A model generated the notes under the pieces. That model ran no database searches and had not been told where the DNA came from. It saw only the letters and a program-made list of their open reading frames with translations. Of a stretch of DNA of 64,000 bases, positions 37,439 through 44,549 are shown piece after piece. Numbering within the stretch: position 1 is the stretch's first letter; each line of letters opens with the position of its first letter. A program made the translations under genes and the position numbers. This DNA is from Candidatus Woesearchaeota archaeon. GTDB lineage: Archaea > Nanobdellota > Nanobdellia > Woesearchaeales > UBA10216. The stretch is from positions 50,748 to 114,747 of the forward strand of contig NZCN01000001.1 in assembly GCA_002688315.1 (NCBI GenBank). The letters run 5' to 3'.

Positions 37439-37597
37439 ATGAAGGATCCTAGGTTCTTACCAGTTGAAAACAGAGAGCCTGTTGAAGAGTACGACGACGA
37501 TTTCTTAGAAAACGAAGAAGAACTCTACGAAGCACTATATTCTTCACGCAAAGACAAAGCAACAGTTAAGAAAATCCAGCTTTATATTGCCAGCTGA
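37439..37597 (+). CDS. Small acidic protein (52 aa), not in the ORF track
   Basis: TATA ACTTTATATA lies about 35 nt upstream. Product: MKDPRFLPVENREPVEEYDDDFLENEEELYEALYSSRKDKATVKKIQLYIAS. Confidence 0.4.
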   Translation: MKDPRFLPVENREPVEEYDDDFLENEEELYEALYSSRKDKATVKKIQLYIAS

Positions 37598-37600
37598 TGT

Positions 37601-38038
37601 TTAGAATTCTAACTTATTAACCCAATCAGGTATGCTTCCGTCAACCTTATCATACTGCGGCCAGTAAGGCTTAATGTCAATTACAGGCGTTCCATCCAGA
37701 ATGTCCAGGCCTTTTACTTTAACCTTGTTTCCTTCAATTCCTAACAATTGCACTGTTGTTATCGCAACTGGATTAGGTCTTTCAGGGCAGCGGCAAGCAA
37801 AAATACCCACTATAGGAACTTCTGGATTTCCCTGAGGGCGATGTGTTATCACATGCTTATTGACTTTGTCCATCCAATAAACAATAATAACGTGAGAATA
37901 GTCATCTAAGCCCTTTAACGCTTCTGCAAACTTTTCATCAATTATTATCTCAGAGATTTCATCAGCAAAATTCCCAAATCTAGCTTCTTTAATGTTGTTT
38001 CTTACAGAACCTATTGGAGTTAACTTGATTTCTTCCAT
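37601..38038 (-). CDS. trmO: TsaA/TrmO-like tRNA methyltransferase (UPF0066)
   Basis: IGSVRN...YSHVIIVYWMD...RPNPVAITTVQLL...V.GLDILDGTPVIDIKPY. Confidence 0.8.
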   Translation of the reverse strand: MEEIKLTPIGSVRNNIKEARFGNFADEISEIIIDEKFAEALKGLDDYSHVIIVYWMDKVNKHVITHRPQGNPEVPIVGIFACRCPERPNPVAITTVQLLGIEGNKVKVKGLDILDGTPVIDIKPYWPQYDKVDGSIPDWVNKLEF

Positions 38039-38116
38039 CTGAAAATTCTATTTAGAATAAGTTTAAATGCTTTTTGCAAAAGATTATAAACGCGACATTA
38101 ATAGTTGCGGTATTAA

Positions 38117-38200
38117 GGGCCTGTGGTCTAATGGCATGACGCCACCCTCGCAAGTATTCGGGGTCGGTGGAGACTCCGGGTTCGATCCCCGGCAGGTCCA
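38117..38200 (+). tRNA. tRNA-Ala(CGC) with a 12-nt canonical intron
   Basis: Acceptor GGGCCTG/CAGGTCC with the G3:U70 pair. Anticodon stem CCACC/GGTGG, loop CT-CGC-A, intron about 38153-38164. T arm CCGGG-TTCGATC-CCCGG; discriminator A. Confidence 0.85.
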
Positions 38201-38205
38201 TTAAA

Positions 38206-38943
38206 ATGAAAAAAGAAGTAACTGCGATTGTACCTGTATTGAATGAGGCTGAACGTATTGGAGCTGTGCTTGAAGTTCTGACAACTTCTCCTGAAATAGC
38301 CAAAGTTATAGTGGTAAATGACGGCTCAACAGACTCTACAGAATCAATTATAAAGCAATACAATGTTTTGCTTATTTCAAACAAAAAAAATCTTGGGCAA
38401 GCAGAATCTGTAAAACGCGCTGTTCATCATGTTAAAACAGGCATAGTGCTTATTTGTGATGGCGATTTAATAGGGTTTAAACATCATCATGTTCATCAAT
38501 TAATTAAGCCTGTTAAGGAAAATGGGAATGTAATGGCAGTAGCTTCGCTTGACAAGTACTGGCATGTTGGCATTGATTTACTTAAAGAAAAGTTTATGCT
38601 AATCCCGATAACAGGCACGAGAGTTCTTTTAACAAAGTATCTTCTTGGAGCGTCAAAACATAATCTGTTTACAAAGTACGGGATACACCCTGTTATCAAC
38701 GCTTATTGCAGAAACCATGGCATTAAATTGAAACAAATAAGTCTTGACGGTGTTAAAGATGTTATAAAAATACGAAAAAAAGGTTATGGCTGGATGCCTC
38801 ATATCAAAGAAACTATTGATGTCACTAGTGTTTACGCACAGCTTTATCTGGAAGAAGCGCAAAATTTCAAGAGAGAGAAACGCTATAAACCTAAACGTAT
38901 GCTAAAAAATTTAGTGAAGAAAGTATCCAGAGTAAAGAAATAA
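38206..38943 (+). CDS. Family 2 glycosyltransferase
   Basis: AIVPVLNEAERIG...VIVVNDGSTDST...CDGDL (GT-A DxD). The ATG lies 5 nt after the tRNA-Ala discriminator. The track start 38167 lies inside the tRNA and is rejected. Confidence 0.8.
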   Translation: MKKEVTAIVPVLNEAERIGAVLEVLTTSPEIAKVIVVNDGSTDSTESIIKQYNVLLISNKKNLGQAESVKRAVHHVKTGIVLICDGDLIGFKHHHVHQLIKPVKENGNVMAVASLDKYWHVGIDLLKEKFMLIPITGTRVLLTKYLLGASKHNLFTKYGIHPVINAYCRNHGIKLKQISLDGVKDVIKIRKKGYGWMPHIKETIDVTSVYAQLYLEEAQNFKREKRYKPKRMLKNLVKKVSRVKK

Positions 38944-38947
38944 GAGA

Positions 38948-39103
38948 ATGAACAAGAAAAAAAGCTTAGCAATTGGAGTGGCAATTGTTTTGATACTTAG
39001 CTTTGTATTGTTTTTAATCGGAAAAATAAACTATTTAGGCTTCTTAGCAATAGCAGCAGTTGCAGCAATCTTTGCTTACAAAATCCTGCCGAGGATGAAA
39101 TAA
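38948..39103 (+). CDS. Small two-TM membrane protein (51 aa), not in the ORF track
   Basis: MNKKKSLAIGVAIVLILSFVLFLIGKINYLGFLAIAAVAAIFAYKILPRMK. It starts 4 nt after the GT2 stop. Confidence 0.45.
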   Translation: MNKKKSLAIGVAIVLILSFVLFLIGKINYLGFLAIAAVAAIFAYKILPRMK

Positions 39104-39104
39104 A

Positions 39105-39205
39105 AGCACCGGGAGGGACTCGAACCCTCGAATAACCGCTCTGCAGGCGGTCTCCTATCGGCTTATCGATGAAGTATCGATAATTAGCCGCTTGGACACC
39201 GGTGC
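39105..39205 (-). tRNA. tRNA-Cys(GCA) with a ~27-28-nt insert in the D-loop
   Basis: Acceptor GCACCGG/CCGGTGC, discriminator U. Anticodon arm ACCGC-CTGCAGA-GCGGT; T arm GAGGG-TTCGAGT-CCCTC. The D region holds 36 nt between TCCA and AGGA, containing the hairpin GGCT-AAT-TATCGAT-ACTTC-ATCGATA-AGCC. Confidence 0.75.
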
Positions 39206-39207
39206 GA

Positions 39208-39253
39208 CGGACCCGCAAGTGTCCTCACTCGCGCTCTGCGCTTGTTCGGGACC
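39208..39253 (-). ncRNA. GC-rich acceptor-stem-like minihelix in the tRNA-Arg/tRNA-Cys spacer (possible tRNA-Arg remnant)
   Basis: On the minus strand, GGUCCCG...CAAG...CUUG-CGGGUCC-G. The 3' side repeats the tRNA-Arg(UCU) 3' end (UGCGGGUCCGU). Confidence 0.3.
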
Positions 39254-39264
39254 TGCGAGTCTAA

Positions 39265-39351
39265 CGGACCCGCAGGGATTCGAACCCTGGGCCTAAAGCT
39301 TACTTCAACGCTTAGAAGGCTTTCGCTCTGTCCAAGCTGAGCTACGGGTCC
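39265..39351 (-). tRNA. tRNA-Arg(UCU) with a 12-nt canonical intron
   Basis: Acceptor GGACCCG/CGGGTCC. Anticodon stem AAAGC/GCTTT, loop CT-TCT-A, intron 39301-39312. T arm CAGGG-TTCGAAT-CCCTG. TATA CTTTTAAATAG lies about 30 nt upstream. Confidence 0.85.
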
Positions 39352-39397
39352 ATGTAAGAAAGAAGCGGTTAGATGCTATTTAAAAGTATTGTTAAAA

Positions 39398-39922
39398 TTA
39401 TTTTTTTGCTTTTTTCTCATGCGGATGGTGCTTTCCTGTTGGTGTTTCGAAGAAAGGAACTGCTTTAAGGAATCTCGGGAGCCTGCTTATTACTCTAAAC
39501 GTGCGAATAAACCTGGCAGAGCGGCCTGCTTGTCCAACTTCTCTTACTATTGCTGTACCTTCTTTTCCAAGCTTTTGTATTTCAGGCGCTTCATGAATTA
39601 CTTCCTGGCCGCGCTCAATAAATATGCGCAAACCTAAGAACTCTGTAAGCCTGAAAACAAAGAAAAAAGGGATTATCGCGATAATTTGCAGCCAGTAACT
39701 CTTCAAAAATTTCGAGATGTTTCTGACTCTGTTGAATTTGAACGTCAAGTCAATCGTAAAAACACTTATTAGAAGCATGTCAAAATAATCTGCATAAGCA
39801 TGATATGGCTCAAACTGCTCGCTGAAAAACAGTTCTCCAATTATTACCAAAAGAAGTGCAACAAGGAGAGGCCCTATTATTTTATCAACTGCTAACTCGA
39901 GCTTGTGAAGCCAAATGTGCAT
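39398..39922 (-). CDS. Voltage-sensor-domain-like membrane protein without a pore module
   Basis: Three N-terminal TM helices, then Arg-every-third-residue helices (RLTEFLGLRIFIER; RSARFIRTFRVISRLPRFLK). The ORF ends after 174 aa with no S5-P-S6. Confidence 0.4.
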   Translation of the reverse strand: MHIWLHKLELAVDKIIGPLLVALLLVIIGELFFSEQFEPYHAYADYFDMLLISVFTIDLTFKFNRVRNISKFLKSYWLQIIAIIPFFFVFRLTEFLGLRIFIERGQEVIHEAPEIQKLGKEGTAIVREVGQAGRSARFIRTFRVISRLPRFLKAVPFFETPTGKHHPHEKKAKK

Positions 39923-39956
39923 GCAGAATTATTATTTTTACTGCTTTTAAACTTTT

Positions 39957-41072
39957 TCACTCTAAGAATTCTTTGTTCTTGATTTTTTCAGGCAGGTACT
40001 TATCAGAAATAAATGTTATTCCTTTTGATGAGAGTGCTTGGATTTCTACTTTTGAGTTGAATTCTTTCATCATCTTAAACTGGCGCTGCCATGGCTTTGA
40101 GTTTTTAAACCATTGATATTCCTTGATTTGTTTAAGCCTGGCCAAGTCAATATCTTTTAGCTTGATGAAATGCTTTTGCAATTCATATTTGTTAACATCG
40201 TCAGTTGTTATTCCTAAGAATCTTACGCTTGGGATAGCTAACTCAGAAGCCATGTGAGCAAGGCTTATCGAGCCAAATTTTATAACGCTATAAATGTAAA
40301 GCCCATAAGGGTCAAGGTCAGTAAGCACATATATTGGCAGCTTAAATTCGCTATGGAGACGTTGTAATAATCTTCTTATGCCGCGAGTTGACTGTCCTTG
40401 CGAGCTCATGATAATGCAGTTGTTCTTCTCCCAGAACTTGTCTTCATGGAGACGCTCCCACACAGCAGCTTTTTCCATGTAAATAACGTATTTTGAAGTG
40501 ACTTTTTTGAACTTAATATCCTCAACGTTGCTTGGGATGCTCCATCCGCCGCTTCCAAGCTTGCTCCAGTCGATAGTGTCTCCTTTGTCCTCTATAACAA
40601 CGTTGCCTGCAACAGAACCCATCTTATTTGCGTTTATGTGAAGCAATTCGCGAGAATTATCTGTTACTAATTCAAGATCTTCAATAGCTTTATCTGTTTC
40701 TTTTTGCTCATCAACAATATTTGTTTTAGTATTTGGAATAGTTCGCTTAGCCATGTAAAAAACGTCTCTCAAACTAGCATGCTTGCCAACATCCAGAAGG
40801 TTTTTAGTTATCTTGGCAACTTCCAATGTTTGAACAAACTTTTTTGTATGGCCTACGTTAAAGAAAAATCTTTTCGCAGACTTGCTTCCAAGCTTAAGAA
40901 GCTGTGTTTTTTTGTCAAAAGTAACGTTTGAAAGATTTCTTATAGGAATGTCCACGTTTGGATTGCGGCCTTTCTCTACATCATTCACAAGCTTCTTTCC
41001 AAACTCAACAAGCTCTTCAGATGCTTTACTGCTTTTTTTCGCCATTTTTCCCTTCAGGAGAGCCAATTTCAA
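39957..41072 (-). CDS. top6A: DNA topoisomerase VI subunit A (Spo11-like)
   Basis: Toprim DLDPYGLYI and a 5Y-CAP region. An alternative start, MAKKSSK at 41045, would shorten the overlap with top6B. Confidence 0.9.
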   Translation of the reverse strand: MKLALLKGKMAKKSSKASEELVEFGKKLVNDVEKGRNPNVDIPIRNLSNVTFDKKTQLLKLGSKSAKRFFFNVGHTKKFVQTLEVAKITKNLLDVGKHASLRDVFYMAKRTIPNTKTNIVDEQKETDKAIEDLELVTDNSRELLHINANKMGSVAGNVVIEDKGDTIDWSKLGSGGWSIPSNVEDIKFKKVTSKYVIYMEKAAVWERLHEDKFWEKNNCIIMSSQGQSTRGIRRLLQRLHSEFKLPIYVLTDLDPYGLYIYSVIKFGSISLAHMASELAIPSVRFLGITTDDVNKYELQKHFIKLKDIDLARLKQIKEYQWFKNSKPWQRQFKMMKEFNSKVEIQALSSKGITFISDKYLPEKIKNKEFLE

Positions 41073-42675
41073 GCTGTGCTCTTATTTCTTCTTTATTCAG
41101 CATATTTTTTAGTTGCTTAGTCAGGTTTTCTTTGTTTGCTTTTGTAAGCGAAGCTAAACTATCAGCGATTTCCGGAATGTAGCGCTCAAACAAATTAGCG
41201 CGTTCAAGCTGCTGGTGGACTCGAACTTTGCGGTTAACATAAATTCCCATCTTGCGTCCGCATTCCTGCAATGCTAACTTGACTTCTTTCTCAATTTCAG
41301 GATAGTGAGCAATAGCTTCCTTTGCCTCAGAAGTGAAAGGCACCCAAACAGAAGCCATATGAACAACAATAACTGCCGGGCCTGTAGGCATAGAATTGCC
41401 TGATTGCTGGAGGCCGTAAGGCTTCCAGTTAGTTTCAGTAAGAGACTCTGCTGTAATACAAGAGCCTTGCTGGTAAAGAAGAGGAACACGGTTTGCAAAC
41501 CTCATTAACGTTACTGGGCCTTCTGCAGTAAGTTTTCCGCCGTAAGCCATCGCAACCTCAACAACAAACGGGTTGCCTCTGTAAACAGATGCTGGGCGAG
41601 AAATTGAGCAATAAAATTCTGCTTCTATTTCCTTTTTCAATCCTTTTTCAAGAAGCTCCCCGCCTATTGGAGAAATGCAGTCAGTTGGAGGGGTGATAAT
41701 CTTTGTTTTGCTGATTCCCTGTATTATCTTTTCTGCCTGTTCACGTCCTATTTCTCTTGGCTTCATGCTTGGCAGAAGCGAAGCGTTTTCGCATATTTCC
41801 TTAGCAGTTCCTGCTCCAACTCTAGAAAATTCTGTCATTAAAAATGATTGGAGAGTTCTTGCTTTGGTTGCGTCAATCATCCTCATCAACAATCCAATTT
41901 CAATACCATAAGGGTGCGGCTGGATTTCTTTTGGATGCGGAGGGAGCTGTTCAGAAGCCCTGCTATAGACAAATTGTTCAGCTTTAGGGTTTGTATAAGT
42001 TAACGTAATGTGGGGGTTAATAATTGCTGTTTGTTTTATGTATTCATCAACTGACTGAAGGCCTTTGAGGTAGTCTGCTTCAAAATTCAGCTCTATTTTA
42101 GTGCCGTGCTCTTTTTTCCAGTTAACAACCTCTTCTTTCAAAATTTTTGGAGCATTGTTTTTCACATCTATGTAAAGCTCATAGTAATGAGCTGGTTCTT
42201 TTGGAGAAATTCTGGAAATAATCTTTGCAGGCTTGCCAGTTGTTAGCTGTGCATACAAGACAGCAGCGCTAATTCCTATGCCTTGCTGACCTCTAGATTG
42301 TGAAAGCTTGAAAAATTTACTTCCGTAAAGAAGCTTTGCAAACACTTTTGGGATTTGTGACTTTAATATGCCTGGACCGTTATCCTCGACAATAATGTTG
42401 TATTTGAACTCACTCAACTGATTTATTTCAACATTAATATCAGGTAATACTTTAGCATCTTCGCAGGCATCCAAAGAGTTATCAACAGCTTCCTTGATTG
42501 TTGTAAGAAGCGCTTTCCTTCTGTTGTCAAACCCAAGAAGATGCCTGTTTTTCTCGAAAAACTCAGCTATTGATATTTCACGCTGCTTCTTAGCAAGTTC
42601 ATGCGCTTTTGTCATTGGTTTTATCACTCTAACACTTAGTTTAAAAATTTTATTGCTGCTACTACGCTTCTCCAA
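41026..42675 (-). CDS. top6B: DNA topoisomerase VI subunit B
   Basis: GHKL/Bergerat fold motifs (EAVDNSLDA, VEDNGPGI, GQQGIG). Confidence 0.9.
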   Translation of the reverse strand: MEKRSSSNKIFKLSVRVIKPMTKAHELAKKQREISIAEFFEKNRHLLGFDNRRKALLTTIKEAVDNSLDACEDAKVLPDINVEINQLSEFKYNIIVEDNGPGILKSQIPKVFAKLLYGSKFFKLSQSRGQQGIGISAAVLYAQLTTGKPAKIISRISPKEPAHYYELYIDVKNNAPKILKEEVVNWKKEHGTKIELNFEADYLKGLQSVDEYIKQTAIINPHITLTYTNPKAEQFVYSRASEQLPPHPKEIQPHPYGIEIGLLMRMIDATKARTLQSFLMTEFSRVGAGTAKEICENASLLPSMKPREIGREQAEKIIQGISKTKIITPPTDCISPIGGELLEKGLKKEIEAEFYCSISRPASVYRGNPFVVEVAMAYGGKLTAEGPVTLMRFANRVPLLYQQGSCITAESLTETNWKPYGLQQSGNSMPTGPAVIVVHMASVWVPFTSEAKEAIAHYPEIEKEVKLALQECGRKMGIYVNRKVRVHQQLERANLFERYIPEIADSLASLTKANKENLTKQLKNMLNKEEIRAQLEIGSPEGKNGEKKQ

Positions 42676-43207
42676 GAAGTTGCTGTTTCTTTAAATTGCG
42701 CCTGTGGCGCTCAAGCATTTTGTAAATGGTAGAATGCTGTGAGCCTGCTATAAGCTTTTCTACTGCTCTTCTGCAAACATCAACTGACTCAACCCTTCCT
42801 ATTATGCAGATTGTCTTGCCGAAAACAGAAATTTTACAGTCAGTAAGCTCTTCAATTACCTGCCTGGCTTTTCCGTTGCTGCCGATGACTCTTCCTTTTA
42901 TTCTTATGAAATGGTTTTTTGTTTTAGCATAATCATTAAGATTAAGCTGCTCCAATGAATAATCAGGCTTGAGAAGCTGCAATGCAATCTCCGGATTAAA
43001 GCCGCGGCCTATCGCAGTAATAATCTCGCGAACAGTGTACAAGTTTAAAGCATCATCTCCGTAAAGGAAAATATCGCCTTCTTTGGAGTCAATAGTAATC
43101 TTAACTCCTGTTTCTGTTTCCAGCTTTTTCTTAATAGAGCCTTCTTTTCCAATCAACACAGCAATCCTTGAAGCCGGTATTTTCAGCTCATAAGAGTATT
43201 CTTCCAT
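42662..43207 (-). CDS. Tandem KH-domain RNA-binding protein (aDim2/Pno1-like)
   Basis: Two KH modules (LIGKEGSIKKKLE; VIGSNGKARQVIEE); 14-nt overlap with top6B. Confidence 0.75.
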   Translation of the reverse strand: MEEYSYELKIPASRIAVLIGKEGSIKKKLETETGVKITIDSKEGDIFLYGDDALNLYTVREIITAIGRGFNPEIALQLLKPDYSLEQLNLNDYAKTKNHFIRIKGRVIGSNGKARQVIEELTDCKISVFGKTICIIGRVESVDVCRRAVEKLIAGSQHSTIYKMLERHRRNLKKQQLLGEA

Positions 43208-43281
43208 AGAAATTGTGAAAAAGGGGTGGTTAAAATAGTTTTTGAATTGAAGAAGCTAATAACTTTTGTATCTTTATAGTA

Positions 43282-43305
43282 GTAACAAATAGAAAGGTTT
43301 ATATA
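43282..43305 (+). promoter_or_regulatory. BRE/TATA promoter (GTAACAAATAGAAAGGTTTATATA)
   Basis: 23 of 24 nt identical to 457-480. TTTATATA at 43298-43305, about 33 nt before ATG 43338. Confidence 0.55.
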
Positions 43306-43337
43306 GAGGTGTTAATATTAGGATCATATTGGTTAAA

Positions 43338-44098
43338 ATGAATACAAAACAACGTAATTACGTGTAGGTGCTGTAGGTCTAGTTATAGCAGCTTTAGCTG
43401 CTTGTAGCGACAAAGGGGATGATTCAATAGCTACATCTGATGATGTGGAGCCTACTCCTGTTGCAGCTGAGAAAACTGAAGATGTTCCTGAATCTGTTTC
43501 TGAAAATATAAAACTAACCTTATTAAATGATTCTTTTTGTTATGAAAGCTTAGGTGGCATAAGAGCAGATATAGAAGGTGATGAAAATACTTTTTACAAT
43601 GTAGATTTAAATGTAACAAAAGCTAATGAAGGAAAAGTTGTATATGGCACTCTTACTGATAATGGAGGCGGCTCAGTTTCTGTTGGATTTTCATCTAAAC
43701 GATTAGAACCTGGAACATATAACGCTTCAGCTGCATTTATTACAAGCAATGGTTCCATAGTTGAAAGACGAAGAAGTTTCGATGTTGTAAAGTGCACTGA
43801 TGACCTTGGCAATGCTTTTCAAAGAACAGAGAGTGATGGCATTACCCTGAAAGTTAGTGAAGATTCAAGAGTTGGTGAAAAAACAAGAATTGTTGTTAAT
43901 CCTCTCTCTGGAAAAAAGTTTCAATATGTGGACATATTTGTTTACAATAAAGATGAAGAATTAAATCCTATTTCCTTAACTTCTGTTGAAGGTGGCCCTG
44001 TTTCATTTATTTTCGAACCATCACAGACTGGTACTTACAGAGTAGAAGCTAGAGTTGGTAAAGACGCTTTGTTAGCAAAGAATTTTGAAGTTGAGTAA
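43338..44098 (+). pseudogene. Lipoprotein-like surface protein interrupted by a -1 frameshift within the signal peptide
   Basis: ATG 43338 encodes MNTKQRNYV and then stops at 43365-43367. Frame 2, open from 43358, continues ..VGAVGLVIAALAAC-SDKGDD (h-region plus lipobox Cys) into track ORF 43445-44098 (Ig-like beta-rich body). Confidence 0.55.
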
Positions 44099-44101
44099 TT
44101 T

Positions 44102-44428
44102 TCAATTCTTCTGTTCTATTTTGTTGCCAGTCAACTGCTTTAGGCTTTTGGTGAAGTATTCCATGCAGTCCAAAGCGCAGAATGAAACGCGTTTTTTAGT
44201 GTCAGACGTCCCAAATATTAGAGTAAATTCATTGGCAACTCTTAAATTCACTTCATTCCCGCAGCTTCCGCATGTTCTTGACTCAGTAGCACTTATCTCT
44301 TTTAGCTTATTAGAAACAATTTGCCTTATGCTTGTTCCTCCACTGAACAAGTCACGTTGAAGCTCAACAAGTTCCTCATACTCCAATGAGCCTACAATAT
44401 CCATGAATTTCTTCTTTTCAGCTGCCAT
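44102..44428 (-). CDS. Hypothetical Cys-containing protein (108 aa)
   Basis: CGSCG...C..DC suggests a possible Zn site. Convergent with the lipoprotein gene. Confidence 0.5.
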   Translation of the reverse strand: MAAEKKKFMDIVGSLEYEELVELQRDLFSGGTSIRQIVSNKLKEISATESRTCGSCGNEVNLRVANEFTLIFGTSDTKKRVSFCALDCMEYFTKSLKQLTGNKIEQKN

Positions 44429-44549
44429 AATTCAGTATACTAATTACTATACTCATATATAAATATTACGCTTTAGCTTTATAAAGGAAGGGTTTTTTGG
44501 AGTAAAAACCAAAACTATATTAACTTAGAGCGGCGTTTTAGTAAAAAAG

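Noticed and set aside
43338-43445. Stop-codon reassignment (TAG read as sense) as an explanation for the broken lipoprotein gene.
   Set aside because: Continuing in the ATG frame hits at least five TAG codons within about 70 nt and gives a nonsensical peptide. The alternative frame encodes a textbook signal peptide plus lipobox. TAG and TAA also terminate ordinary genes in the window.
44491-44510. Hairpin GGTTTTT-TGGAGT-AAAAACC in the 5' leader of the P-type ATPase gene, considered as a possible riboswitch or regulatory element.
   Set aside because: It is a single 7-bp A/T-rich stem with no flanking conserved structure, which is too little evidence for a regulatory RNA.
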